NCBI GenBank assembly: GCA_947484295.1
Contig: CANKOW010000001.1
Coordinates: forward strand, 9,295-73,294
Length of the DNA: 64,000 nucleotides
Source: Alcaligenaceae bacterium
GTDB lineage: Bacteria > Pseudomonadota > Gammaproteobacteria > Burkholderiales > Burkholderiaceae_B
Direction: 5' to 3'
Shown here: in pieces, positions 48,505-58,792 of the stretch
Position numbering within the stretch: position 1 is the first letter of the stretch
How the letters are laid out: each line of letters opens with the position of its first letter
The notes under the pieces: model-generated
What the model was told of the DNA's origin: nothing
Databases searched by the model: none
The model's input: only the letters and a program-made list of their open reading frames with translations
Position numbers and translations under genes: made by a program

Positions 48505-49632
48505 ATGAAAAAAATTTGCGTAGTGGTGGCTAGTAGAGCCAATTACGGTCGAGTCAAATACTTGATGAAAGCCATTCAGGCGCATCCAGACTTAGAACTG
48601 CAGCTTGTTGTTGGCGCTTCGACATTGCTTGAGCGCTTCGGGAAAGCCATCAATATCATCAAGAAAGATGGCTTCACGCCAGTGCGGTCTATTCATTACG
48701 TTATTGAGGGCGAAACTCTTGTGACACAAGCCAAATCCACTGGGCTTGGGATTGTGGAACTCTCTACCGCTTTCGACGACCTCGCTCCGGACATGGTCGT
48801 AACTGTGGCTGACCGGTTTGAGACCATGGCAACAGCAATCGCTGCGACCTATCTTAATATTCCGCTGGTTCACCTGCAGGGGGGCGAAGTCAGTGGAAAT
48901 ATAGACGACCGCGTTCGCCACGCGATAACAAAACTTGCCGACATTCACTTCGTCGCTTCAGACGACTCTTTGAAGCGAGTGATAGAGATGGGCGAGGATC
49001 CCGATTGCGTATTCAATCATGGTTGCCCCGCAATGGATGTGTTGGTGAATGAAGACTTGGCGATCAATAATGATCTGATGAAGCAGTATCTTGGAGTGGG
49101 GAAGCCGTTAGATTGGTCTAAGCCTTATGTGCTGATGGTTCAGCATCCGGTCACGACAAGTTATGGGCACGGATTTGAGCAGGTAAGCGAGACATTAGAC
49201 GCTTTAAAGGGCATTGAGAACATGCAGAAGGTCATTATGTGGCCTAACGTGGACGCCGGCAGTGATGATGTTTCAAAAGGCATTCGGCATTTTCGAGAAT
49301 TAAATATGCAGGAGCCGATTTATTATTATAAGAATTTTTCACCTGAAGACTACGCACGCGTCATCAACAACGCCGTCTGCTGCGTCGGAAATTCATCCTC
49401 TTTTATTCGGGAAGGGTCGTTCTTGGGCGTACCGGTAGTGATTGTCGGTGATCGCCAGCAGGGGAGAGAGCATGGCAGTAACGCGGTGTTCGCATCCTAC
49501 GACGCTAAAGACATCTCGGCGAAGTTGCGCCGGCAAATTGCGCATGGGCGGTATATACCGGACCATCGTTATGGTGAGGGTGATGCGGGCATTCGTATTG
49601 CGCAAACATTAGCGACCTCCAGGTTTAGATAG
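48505..49632 (+). CDS. neuC: Hydrolysing UDP-GlcNAc 2-epimerase
   Basis: SRANY, DRFE, HLQGGEVSG.IDD..RHAITK, GNSSS, RQ.GRE. Confidence 0.92.
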   Translation: MKKICVVVASRANYGRVKYLMKAIQAHPDLELQLVVGASTLLERFGKAINIIKKDGFTPVRSIHYVIEGETLVTQAKSTGLGIVELSTAFDDLAPDMVVTVADRFETMATAIAATYLNIPLVHLQGGEVSGNIDDRVRHAITKLADIHFVASDDSLKRVIEMGEDPDCVFNHGCPAMDVLVNEDLAINNDLMKQYLGVGKPLDWSKPYVLMVQHPVTTSYGHGFEQVSETLDALKGIENMQKVIMWPNVDAGSDDVSKGIRHFRELNMQEPIYYYKNFSPEDYARVINNAVCCVGNSSSFIREGSFLGVPVVIVGDRQQGREHGSNAVFASYDAKDISAKLRRQIAHGRYIPDHRYGEGDAGIRIAQTLATSRFR

Positions 49633-49684
49633 GGGCTATGAGAAACCGTCTTCATTCAGTTTTCGCGCTAGCGTTTTCATCGCT

Positions 49685-51151
49685 ATGACGATAGCGTTTA
49701 TTGGAAATCAGGGAGGCAAGGGTGTCCTCGACTTTTACGCAAGCATGGTTGGCGGTCTCCGCGAGGGGTACGCTGAGGTGCAGTGCGTTTTTGTGCCGTG
49801 GCTTGACTCTGAGCGTAACGGTTTGATCGCCCAAGGTTGGCCTGAGTCGGATGTATTTAGCTTTGAAAACTGGGTGCAGCGTCGTGCATGGGGCGGCGAT
49901 GAGATTAATCGCTTGTGCGTTGAGTATGTCGAAGTTAACTGGTCCGCGGTGATTGCAAGTGAACGGGCTTTTACAGATTACTCCTTCTTACTAGGCGGCG
50001 CTGGGCAAAGGCAAGAGTCTGCCGCGTATGTGACAGAACTCCTAGTGAGCATCGTCACATTTCTTGAGCATGTTTTCATTGAACGTAAAATACGGGCGGT
50101 CGTGTGTCAGACTGCAGATACACTTTTCTCGCATGTCGTATTCAAGGTGGCCAAACACCTAGGCATCAAGGTGTTTGCTATCACGCCTGCATGGCTTCTT
50201 GAGAAAGGCTTACAGGGCGGATACTTTTCCAATAACGAATTCATGGAGTCCGAAAGGATGCTTCAAGAATATCGTTTGATGTGCGACAGAGCTTTGTCTT
50301 CAGCAGAGATTTTGCGCGTCAATGCTTTTGTTGATGCAGTGAGAGCATTTCAAAACAAGACGCCTTTCTCAGAAAAAAACCGCGAGCGCAAGGCGGGATT
50401 TACTGCACTATCTCCGAATGTTTGGCGCTTGGCTCAGTATTTGAAAATGAACTCACGACGTAATACCAATGTCGAGTACATGAAGATTTCACCAGTTCGC
50501 AAAGCGAAGGCTAATTTGCTTCGTCTTTGGAGAAAGTTTTCGGGCCGCAATATGTTCGGACCTCCTGATGGTGGAGACATCCCTACCAAAAGTGTTTTTT
50601 ACGCCTTTCAGTATCAGCCTGAGCAGTCCACTTTAAGTCAGGGCATTTTTTACGCCAATCAAATTGCACTTGTAGAAAATATCTCAAAATCGCTTCCTCT
50701 AGGCTACACGCTAATTGTGAAAGAACATCCTTGGGGTAGAGGCGCACGACCAGTTTGGCAATACCGACATTTGGCTGAGCTGTATAACGTTCATTTTTGT
50801 GATGCGCCTGCAAAAGAGATCATTAGCCGAGTTGACGCCGTGATTGCCATCAGCGGGACCGTCGGTTTTGAGGCACTTGTACTTGACAAGCCGACGATCA
50901 TATTGGGGCGTACGTTCTTTACTCACTGTGATCTTTTCTACAAGGCGAACTCTGTGCAGGAGTTGCCGCGCCTGATGCGAGAGATCCTAGTGGACCACGT
51001 ATTTGACAGCGCGCCAGAGCGGGAGGTTCGTCTGAAGCGCTTTCTCTTGTCTTATCTGAATTCCTTGATACCTTACTTCCCAACGCCTGAAAATGGCCGA
51101 TATTATGGGCGTGTCCTGGCAGATTGCCTAGGCGTCGCGGGCAAGCAATAA
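49685..51151 (+). CDS. KpsS/Capsule_synth-like CMP-ulosonate glycosyltransferase
   Basis: YQPEQS, VKEHP, ISGTVGFEAL...KP. Directly after neuC. Confidence 0.7.
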   Translation: MTIAFIGNQGGKGVLDFYASMVGGLREGYAEVQCVFVPWLDSERNGLIAQGWPESDVFSFENWVQRRAWGGDEINRLCVEYVEVNWSAVIASERAFTDYSFLLGGAGQRQESAAYVTELLVSIVTFLEHVFIERKIRAVVCQTADTLFSHVVFKVAKHLGIKVFAITPAWLLEKGLQGGYFSNNEFMESERMLQEYRLMCDRALSSAEILRVNAFVDAVRAFQNKTPFSEKNRERKAGFTALSPNVWRLAQYLKMNSRRNTNVEYMKISPVRKAKANLLRLWRKFSGRNMFGPPDGGDIPTKSVFYAFQYQPEQSTLSQGIFYANQIALVENISKSLPLGYTLIVKEHPWGRGARPVWQYRHLAELYNVHFCDAPAKEIISRVDAVIAISGTVGFEALVLDKPTIILGRTFFTHCDLFYKANSVQELPRLMREILVDHVFDSAPEREVRLKRFLLSYLNSLIPYFPTPENGRYYGRVLADCLGVAGKQ

Positions 51152-51174
51152 AAAATTAGCAGGGGGACAAATAG

Positions 51175-51945
51175 ATGAAAGCAGTTATTCTCGCTGGTGG
51201 ATTGGGTACACGGCTTAGCGAAGAAACAGTACTGAAGCCGAAGCCGATGGTGGAAATCGGCGGTATGCCCATTCTTTGGCACATTATGAAGACCTATTCG
51301 AGCTACGGAGTTAACGATTTTGTTATCTGCCTTGGCTACAAGGGCTATCTAATCAAAGAGTATTTTGCCAATTACTTTTTGCACATGTCAGACGTTACTT
51401 TCGATATCGCTAACAACAAAATGGAAGTCCATCAGGCCAGCGCTGAGCCGTGGAAGGTCACTCTGGTTGATACCGGTCAAGACACCATGACCGGTGGACG
51501 TCTCAAACAGGTAGCCGCCTATGTCGCTGAGGAAGATTTTTGTTTTACCTATGGCGACGGCGTGGCAGACGTGGATGTAGGGAAGTTGATTGAGTTTCAC
51601 AAAACTCAGGGAACGCTTGCAACGGTTACTGCAGTGCAACCGCCTGGGCGGTTTGGCGCACTAGATATTGCTAATGGAAAAATTACCGAATTTCAGGAAA
51701 AGCCGCAGGGCGACGGTGCGTCGATCAATGGCGGCTATTTTGTACTTTCGCCCAAAGTGATTGATTACATTGCAGATAGCACCACAACCTGGGAGCGCGA
51801 ACCGCTAGAGCGGCTTGCCAAGGAAGGCCAGTTATCGGCTTATTTGCATAAAGGTTTTTGGCAACCTATGGACACTTTGCGCGACAAGGTTCAACTTGAA
51901 GGTTTATGGAGCGCTGGAAAAGCACCTTGGAAAGTATGGAAATGA
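51175..51945 (+). CDS. rfbF: Glucose-1-phosphate cytidylyltransferase
   Basis: [51 protein letters not shown]. Confidence 0.96.
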   Translation: MKAVILAGGLGTRLSEETVLKPKPMVEIGGMPILWHIMKTYSSYGVNDFVICLGYKGYLIKEYFANYFLHMSDVTFDIANNKMEVHQASAEPWKVTLVDTGQDTMTGGRLKQVAAYVAEEDFCFTYGDGVADVDVGKLIEFHKTQGTLATVTAVQPPGRFGALDIANGKITEFQEKPQGDGASINGGYFVLSPKVIDYIADSTTTWEREPLERLAKEGQLSAYLHKGFWQPMDTLRDKVQLEGLWSAGKAPWKVWK

Positions 51946-51997
51946 GGCTTGCATACTCTCTTCCAATTTCGACTGAACAGGGGAGGTTTACTTACTC

Positions 51998-53110
51998 ATG
52001 AACTCTCGCATCTTTTACACCAAGCCGTCGATTACTGAGAAGGAGGTCGCGTATGCGACCGATGCGGCACGTAATGGCTGGGGAGACCACTGTTACGAAT
52101 ACATATACCGCTTTGAAGAGGCTTTTTGTCGGCATCTCGGTGTCAAGTACGCCATTGCAACCTCAAGCGCAACTGGCGCCTTACATATGGGGCTGGCGGC
52201 TTTGGGTATTGGCCGCGAAGACGAGGTCATTATGGCAGATACCAACTGGATTGCCAGCGCTGCTCCGATTGTGCACCTCGGGGCGTCCCCCGTGTTTATC
52301 GATATTCTCTCTGACTCTTGGTGTATCGATCCTGCCCTGATAGAGGCAGCGATCACCCCCCGCACCAAAGCAATCTTAGCTGTTCACCTATACGGCAACT
52401 TGTGCAAGATGGACCAACTCATGGCGATTGGTCGAAAGTATGGAATCCCTGTGATTGAAGATGCCGCGGAGGCTTTGGGTTCGGTGTATCACGGGAAATG
52501 TGCTGGCTCCATGGCCACGTTTGGTGCCTTTTCCTTTCATGGTACTAAGACCATAACGACAGGCGAGGGTGGAATATTCGTGACGAACGACGCGGATCTT
52601 TATCAGCGCGTTCTGACTCTTAGCAATCATGGGCGTGCGCGGGGAAGTAGCAAGCAGTTTTGGGCTGAAATGATTGGGTTTAAGTACAAGATGTCCAATA
52701 TTCAGGCCGCCATAGGCTGTGCCCAGGTTGAGCGTATCGATGAGTTAACACGTCGCAAACGGGAAATATTCGCGTATTACAAGGACCGACTGTCAAGCCT
52801 TCCCGGCTTATCAATGAACCCAGAGCCGGAAAATACGATCAATGGAGCTTGGATGCCAACGGTAGTTTGCAGTCCAGAGACTGGCATTACCCGCGAGCGG
52901 CTCCAAGCTGCCTTCGCAGCAGAGGAAATTGATGCTCGCGTGTTTTTTTGGCCGTTGAGTTCACTACCGTTCTTCCAGCCTGTGTCAACTAATACCTGTG
53001 CGTATGATATTCCGGGGCGAGCCATTAATTTGCCTTCGTTCCACGACATCTCCGATAACGACCTAGACCGCGTTGTTAAGGTTTTATCGTCGCTTTGGCA
53101 TAAGGGTTGA
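51998..53110 (+). CDS. DegT-family sugar 4-aminotransferase (perosamine synthase-like)
   Basis: EDAAEALG, FSFHGTKTITTGEGG, GFKYKMSNIQAA. Confidence 0.9.
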   Translation: MNSRIFYTKPSITEKEVAYATDAARNGWGDHCYEYIYRFEEAFCRHLGVKYAIATSSATGALHMGLAALGIGREDEVIMADTNWIASAAPIVHLGASPVFIDILSDSWCIDPALIEAAITPRTKAILAVHLYGNLCKMDQLMAIGRKYGIPVIEDAAEALGSVYHGKCAGSMATFGAFSFHGTKTITTGEGGIFVTNDADLYQRVLTLSNHGRARGSSKQFWAEMIGFKYKMSNIQAAIGCAQVERIDELTRRKREIFAYYKDRLSSLPGLSMNPEPENTINGAWMPTVVCSPETGITRERLQAAFAAEEIDARVFFWPLSSLPFFQPVSTNTCAYDIPGRAINLPSFHDISDNDLDRVVKVLSSLWHKG

Positions 53111-53120
53111 CAGAGGGGGT

Positions 53121-53849
53121 ATGAGACTCATTCTTTTGGCAGACGGTGATGTGGGTCTTGGAATTACCCAATACCTACTCGAACGCTATCCCGATGACCT
53201 TTTGCTCGTCGTGACAATTGAAAAAAACGAAATCTATCGCGTTGCTGAGTCGAACGGCGTTGCGGTGACCGTATTTGATTCGTCCGCGCAGGTTCTCGCA
53301 AGCTTGCCGGATGGGGTTGATTTGGGTGTTCTGGCTTGGTGGCCTAAAATCGTGAGGAGCCCTTTACTCGACGTACCTCGGCATGGCTTTGTTAACACTC
53401 ACCCTAGTCTGTTGCCCTACAACCGAGGCAAACACTACAACTTCTGGGCGCTGGTGGAGCAAGCTCCCTTTGGCGTCACGCTCCACTGTGTCGATGCTGG
53501 GGTAGATACGGGTAACATTATTGCGCAACAACGTATCGATTATGATTGGTGCGACAATGGAGGCTCACTTTACTTCAAGGCTCAGGCTGAGATGCTCGAG
53601 CTGTTTTGTCGGACTTACCCAATACTCCGTACTGGGCGGTTTGGTTCTAAGCCACAGGACCTTGAGTCCGGATCATTCCATCATTCGTCCGAGATTGAAA
53701 TGGCTAGTCACATTGATCTTGATCGCACATACAAGGCACGTGAGTTGATTAATTTGCTGCGCGCCAGAACGTTCGAAGGTCGCCCGGGGTGTTGGTTCGA
53801 AGATAGCGGTGTCCGGCACGAAATCTACATAAAAGTTAGGAAAATCTAA
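53121..53849 (+). CDS. Sugar-nucleotide N-formyltransferase
   Basis: VNTHPSLLPYNRG, GVTLH..DAGVDTG, LLRARTF. Start reassigned to ATG 53121 (GAGGGG RBS). Confidence 0.88.
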   Translation: MRLILLADGDVGLGITQYLLERYPDDLLLVVTIEKNEIYRVAESNGVAVTVFDSSAQVLASLPDGVDLGVLAWWPKIVRSPLLDVPRHGFVNTHPSLLPYNRGKHYNFWALVEQAPFGVTLHCVDAGVDTGNIIAQQRIDYDWCDNGGSLYFKAQAEMLELFCRTYPILRTGRFGSKPQDLESGSFHHSSEIEMASHIDLDRTYKARELINLLRARTFEGRPGCWFEDSGVRHEIYIKVRKI

Positions 53850-54628
53850 TGAACGCTTACGAGCAATTCAAGTCTGAATGCGCGTCCGAAATCGAGGCTA
53901 TGGGGCAGAACAGCGCACTGCAAAAGCTCGGAGTAGACTGGATCAAATCGGTTAACGCATTCAAATACTCATATCACTTCGAGTGGCAGGGACGGCCAAT
54001 CATCCAGTACCCGCAAGATATGGTCGCGATGCAGGAGCTCATCTGGTCCGCCCGGCCAGACCTTATCATTGAAACCGGTATAGCCCATGGAGGTTCACTC
54101 ATATTTAGCGCATCTATGCTTGCATTGATGGATATGGTTGATGCCATCGAGGCTGGCATTACTCTTGACCCCACCGCGTCTAAGCGCAAGGTACTGGGTA
54201 TCGACATCGATATACGTGCCCACAACCGATCCGCGATTGAGGCGCACCCGATGTCTTCGCGTATACAGATGATCCAAGGTTCTAGTGTTGCCCCAGATGT
54301 TGTAGCTCAGGTTCGAGATATCGCCAGTCGTCATAAGCGCGTACTTGTGTTTCTCGACTCCAATCATACCCATGACCATGTTCTGGCTGAGCTTGAGGCC
54401 TACGGTCCCCTCACTAGCGTGGGTAGCTATTGCGTGGCTTTTGATACGATTGCTGAATACATGCCCAAAGAAATGGCTCCGGATCGTCCCTGGGCGCCGG
54501 GGAACAACCCCAGAACCGCCGTGTGGGAATTCCTCAAAACTCACTCCGAGTTTGAAATTGATAAAAGTATCCAGCATAAGTTGCTGATCACCGTGGCGCC
54601 GGACGGGTATCTGAAAAGGGTTGCTTGA
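53849..54628 (+). CDS. Cephalosporin hydroxylase (CmcI)-family SAM O-methyltransferase
   Basis: W.GRPIIQYPQD, PDLIIETGIAHGGS, LDSNHTHDHV..EL, APDGYLKR. Confidence 0.88.
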   Translation: MNAYEQFKSECASEIEAMGQNSALQKLGVDWIKSVNAFKYSYHFEWQGRPIIQYPQDMVAMQELIWSARPDLIIETGIAHGGSLIFSASMLALMDMVDAIEAGITLDPTASKRKVLGIDIDIRAHNRSAIEAHPMSSRIQMIQGSSVAPDVVAQVRDIASRHKRVLVFLDSNHTHDHVLAELEAYGPLTSVGSYCVAFDTIAEYMPKEMAPDRPWAPGNNPRTAVWEFLKTHSEFEIDKSIQHKLLITVAPDGYLKRVA

Positions 54629-54685
54629 TGTCCTGCCATTGGCGTTACTTCAATATTCGAGTGCCACAACAAAATAGCTGATGCC

Positions 54686-55531
54686 ATGAACACGAAACCT
54701 TTGGTAACGGTCGGCATGCCGATTAGAAATGGCGGTGAATTACTCACCGCCGCACTTGATTCTATACTGGGGCAATCGTACGCAAATCTTCAGGTGATCG
54801 TGTCAGATAACTGCTCTAACGATCAGACTGCCGCAACGATTGAGTCTTACCGTGCGCGTGATCCGCGCGTGGTGTATGTTCGCCAAACGGCACCCCTGAA
54901 AGCGATTGAGAACTTCAGGTTTGTTCTCGATCAGGCTCAGGGAGAGTTTTTCATGTGGGCCGCGCACGACGATGTGCACAGCGCCGATTACATTGAAAAA
55001 CTGGTAGATGGCCTACTCGCCGCACCCGCGGCGTTATTAGCTTTTGGCGACCTTTTCGTTACTGGCGCGCCTGATGGAAGTGCGGTCCCGAAAGCCTACA
55101 ATTTCTCGACTGAAGGTCTTGCCTGTGCTGCCCGTATGCGCAAGGCCGCCTTCACACAGTGTTTTCACATCTATGGTGTTTGGCGAACGGGCGAACTCAG
55201 GCGGATTCCTTCGCCCACCAATTCTTGGTGGCCTGATTTGCCCATCATGTTGGCCGCGGCGCGCTTGGGACCAAGCAAGTACGTCGCTGGGCCACGTTTT
55301 TTTTATTATGAGGTTCCGAAGACCAACCTTCAGCGTGTCCAGAACCAAGACTACAGGGCGAGGTTTAACTTGTTTGGCGGCGTATTGGGTCTGATTGGGT
55401 CAGCCTACTCAGTTGTGGCAGCTGTGGGTGGTAGCGCGGCTGGCTTTTGGGGAGCCTGGCTGGTGACCGAAAAGCAGTTCCGAGATTTGCCTGGCTACCT
55501 AGGGCGTCGCCTGGTACGTCTGGTGCGCTAG
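54686..55531 (+). CDS. GT2 glycosyltransferase
   Basis: PLVTVGMP.RNG, SDNCS.D, MWAAHDD. Confidence 0.9.
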   Translation: MNTKPLVTVGMPIRNGGELLTAALDSILGQSYANLQVIVSDNCSNDQTAATIESYRARDPRVVYVRQTAPLKAIENFRFVLDQAQGEFFMWAAHDDVHSADYIEKLVDGLLAAPAALLAFGDLFVTGAPDGSAVPKAYNFSTEGLACAARMRKAAFTQCFHIYGVWRTGELRRIPSPTNSWWPDLPIMLAAARLGPSKYVAGPRFFYYEVPKTNLQRVQNQDYRARFNLFGGVLGLIGSAYSVVAAVGGSAAGFWGAWLVTEKQFRDLPGYLGRRLVRLVR

Positions 55532-55609
55532 AGGTTCTTCTCGAGCCGCCATTGCTGGACTTGCGCACTAAACCTGAGGGTTCGCAACCTTTCTATTGGC
55601 AGCATTCGG

Positions 55610-57001
55610 ATGAACACTGAACCTAATTCCTTGCTAGCGATTCGCACAAGTCCTTGGCACGAGCAGACAGCGTGGGTGCTATTTTTTTGTGCTTTTTTTG
55701 GAACTTGCGCTGTTGCCCTAGTGGTGCAGCTGGTGCTTCTCCCGATTTACCTGCCACTTCAACATGCCGGCCACGGCATGCTCGTAGGCGGCGATTCCGA
55801 GGGGATGCATTCCACTGCCGCGGCGCTAGCTCAGCGCATACAAACTGAAGGTTGGTCGGCCTGGGAGCTTAGACCTGCGGGGAACGCACCAACCGGTATT
55901 GCCGCTGCGATCTACCGCTACCTTACGGCTGAGCCTTATGTGCTCGTCCCGCTGAATGCGCTGGTGCACGCTACAGGTGGGCTATTTGTTTACCTGATGG
56001 CTCGTAATATTTTTCAACACAGAATGGCTGCCGTGGTGGCTGCAATTCCCTTTTTGGCTTACCTTTCGGCCGCCAGTTGGTACGCTCAAATTCACAAAGA
56101 TGGCATCTTCGCCTTGGGGATGCTTTCTTGCGCATACGGATGGATGCTGGCTTTTCGCCTAGACTTTTGGCGATCTGCAGTTTTGCGTTTTGTCTCATTG
56201 CTGGGGCCTCTCGTATTGGGGCTTTTTTTAGTCTGGCTAGTGCGGCCCTACAGCATAATCTTGATGCAAATAGTGGGTTTTGTGATCATGTTGTTCGGTC
56301 TGGCATTAGTGGCTGTATGGCGGCATCAGGGCGCACTTGGAAGGTCACGTAGTTTGTTGGCAGTTTTTGTCTTTGTCGCCATTCCAGTAATGACCACGGT
56401 CGTCAAACCCTCCGATTCGCGTGTCGAAGGATGGAAAGGGGATGTTATCGCGCGTGAGTTGACCCTGCGGTACATGCCCACCACCTGCGTGCTGGAGCGC
56501 GGCACATCTGAATGGGTCGATAAGCTTTCTAGCACTGTTGCCGGAATGCGTGATTTCTTTATTTCAGGCTACCCTAACGCCAAAAGTAATATGGATCCTG
56601 AATTTGTACCAGGTACAGTTTGCAACTTGTTGGCTTATGTGCCACGCGCATTACAGGTCGGGTTTTTAGCGCCATTTCCGAGCGCGTGGTTGGCGGAGGG
56701 AAGTATTGCAGTCAGTACTTTGATGCGGCGAGTGATCAGTTTTGAAATGATCGTGACTTACCTAGCGCTGCTGTTTTTGCCTCTGATACTTTGGGACAAT
56801 CGTCGTAAGCCCGAATTTTGGTTCATTATGGGTTTTTTCGTCTTAATGACGACCATTCATGTGTATCTGGTTCCGAACTTGGGTACTTTGCACCGAATGC
56901 GCTATGCGTTTCTGACCGGTGCCGTCGGCCTTGTCATTGCGGGCGGAGTTCAGCGTTTCTTGTCGCGAGGCGCAGGCTCACGCGCAGCGGTCCATTGTTG
57001 A
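55610..57001 (+). CDS. Polytopic membrane protein, Wzy/GT-C-like
   Basis: About 10 TM segments, GGDS..H loop, HKD, VRPY, NLGTL.R.R near the C-terminus. Confidence 0.55.
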   Translation: MNTEPNSLLAIRTSPWHEQTAWVLFFCAFFGTCAVALVVQLVLLPIYLPLQHAGHGMLVGGDSEGMHSTAAALAQRIQTEGWSAWELRPAGNAPTGIAAAIYRYLTAEPYVLVPLNALVHATGGLFVYLMARNIFQHRMAAVVAAIPFLAYLSAASWYAQIHKDGIFALGMLSCAYGWMLAFRLDFWRSAVLRFVSLLGPLVLGLFLVWLVRPYSIILMQIVGFVIMLFGLALVAVWRHQGALGRSRSLLAVFVFVAIPVMTTVVKPSDSRVEGWKGDVIARELTLRYMPTTCVLERGTSEWVDKLSSTVAGMRDFFISGYPNAKSNMDPEFVPGTVCNLLAYVPRALQVGFLAPFPSAWLAEGSIAVSTLMRRVISFEMIVTYLALLFLPLILWDNRRKPEFWFIMGFFVLMTTIHVYLVPNLGTLHRMRYAFLTGAVGLVIAGGVQRFLSRGAGSRAAVHC

Positions 57002-57014
57002 GCAATATTAATTG

Positions 57015-58790
57015 ATGATAGATTTTCGGGCTTTTCGAGGTTTGTTTGCAGATATTTGGGCTGTTGTTGGGACCAAGTACCAGATTTACGTGTCCTTACT
57101 GGCATTGACGGGCCTGCTTGAAGGATTAACCCTTGCAAGTGTGGTTCCGCTTCTTGCTGCTATTGGCATTGGTGAAGGCGGGAGCGGTGTTGGCGGTGTG
57201 GTGAGTCGTACGGTACTAGACCTGCTGGGTTTACTAGGCTTTGGGGTATCTGTGCAGGCGATTGCTGCGTTGATACTCGCTTCTCTTTGTTTGAGTACCG
57301 TGGTTTTTCTAGCACAGGCTTACCTAGGAGTTTCGCTGCAGACGAGTTACGTGAGCCGATGGCAGAAGCGACTGTTAGCGGGCATCTTCGCGGCGAAGTG
57401 GGGGCTGTTTCTGAAGACTAGAAACGGTGATCTGATTAACTCGGTGGTGACTGAGACGCAACGGCTGAGTGGCGCCTTTTATCAGACTAGCTTACTTCTC
57501 ACTGGCTTGCTGCATAGCGCGATATACATGGTGCTTGCAGCAATGCTGTCGGGGATGACAACCTTGGCTGTCATCTTTGGCGGGGCTCTTCTATTTCTTA
57601 TCACGCGTCCGTTGATCCAGCGTGCACATCATGTTGGAAAAGGAATTAGTCATGAAAATGCAGAGCTTCAAGTCAAGCTTGGTGAGTTTGTCGGAAGCGC
57701 TAAGCTGCTCAAGGCAACGGCTACCGAAAATGTTGCGTTAGATGTCTTAAATGGAATCGTAGCAAGATTACGTAAGCACACGATCACCAATTCTTTTGAC
57801 GCGCAGATAGTTAAAGGCGTTTTCGACTTTGGTGCCGCTGCGATGATAGCAAGCATCTTGATGGTCAGTCGCAGTATTCTTGATATCGATGCGGCTGTGA
57901 TTTTGGTTATTTTGGCGATCTTCATTCGATTGATACCTAAGTTGACGGGTTTGCAGCAAAGCCTTCAGTCTCTCACTAGCAGCTTGCCGGCCGTTGCTAA
58001 TTTGAACGAGATGGCACGCACTATCGAGGCCGAAGATGAAACTGCCAAGGCTAATCCGTTACCTGAAGCCCTATCCGCAGGCCCCATCGCTTTGTCATTG
58101 CGTAACGTTGCTGTGAACTATGGCAACGAGCAGGTTCTATCGGGTTTAACCCTAACGATTCCGAAGGGTGCCTGCGTGGCATTTGTAGGGCGTTCGGGCG
58201 CTGGCAAGTCAACTCTAGTCGATGCCATACTGGGCCTAGTGCCGGTATCGGCTGGGTCGATTGAGGTGAACGGGATTGATCTCTCTGAGCTGCCGATGCA
58301 TGGGCTGCGCCGACGTATTGGTTACATGGCTCAAGAAACCATGCTGTACAACACGACTATTCGTGGCAACATTCTATGGAGTCAGTCAGAGCACTCAGAC
58401 GAGGCCGTCATGGCAGCGGCTGCATTGGCCTCTGCTGATAAGTTTATTTCACTATCGCCGCACGGCCTCGATACGATGGTTGGTGACCGCGGTGGCCGAC
58501 TTTCGGGCGGGGAGCGGCAGCGTTTGGGTTTAGCGAGGGCCTTGCTCGGCCATCCCGGTCTATTGGTGCTCGACGAGGCGGCCAGTGCACTCGACGCAGA
58601 GACGGACGCCGCGGTCATGGGAGCACTAGAATTGCTTAAGGGTTCGCTCACTATGATCGTGATCTCGCATCGCTTGTCTTCGGTTCGTATGGCTGACTAC
58701 ATTTATGTCTTAGACAACGGACAAATCGTCGAGTCAGGTACCTGGACTGAGCTCGAACGTAGCAACGGACAGTTCACTCGTTTGTTGTAA
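57015..58790 (+). CDS. ABC transporter, fused permease/ATPase (PglK/MsbA-like glycan flippase)
   Basis: TM domain plus GRSGAGKST, LSGGERQR, LDEAASALD, ISHRL. Confidence 0.9.
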   Translation: MIDFRAFRGLFADIWAVVGTKYQIYVSLLALTGLLEGLTLASVVPLLAAIGIGEGGSGVGGVVSRTVLDLLGLLGFGVSVQAIAALILASLCLSTVVFLAQAYLGVSLQTSYVSRWQKRLLAGIFAAKWGLFLKTRNGDLINSVVTETQRLSGAFYQTSLLLTGLLHSAIYMVLAAMLSGMTTLAVIFGGALLFLITRPLIQRAHHVGKGISHENAELQVKLGEFVGSAKLLKATATENVALDVLNGIVARLRKHTITNSFDAQIVKGVFDFGAAAMIASILMVSRSILDIDAAVILVILAIFIRLIPKLTGLQQSLQSLTSSLPAVANLNEMARTIEAEDETAKANPLPEALSAGPIALSLRNVAVNYGNEQVLSGLTLTIPKGACVAFVGRSGAGKSTLVDAILGLVPVSAGSIEVNGIDLSELPMHGLRRRIGYMAQETMLYNTTIRGNILWSQSEHSDEAVMAAAALASADKFISLSPHGLDTMVGDRGGRLSGGERQRLGLARALLGHPGLLVLDEAASALDAETDAAVMGALELLKGSLTMIVISHRLSSVRMADYIYVLDNGQIVESGTWTELERSNGQFTRLL

Positions 58791-58792
58791 CC

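Noticed and set aside
53849-54628. Cephalosporin hydroxylase as a beta-lactam gene
   Set aside because: The family name is misleading here. It has a SAM methyltransferase fold and sits in a sugar pathway.
55427-55438. ops-like GGTGGTAGCGCG
   Set aside because: Two mismatches, inside the GT2 coding sequence, no leader hairpin.
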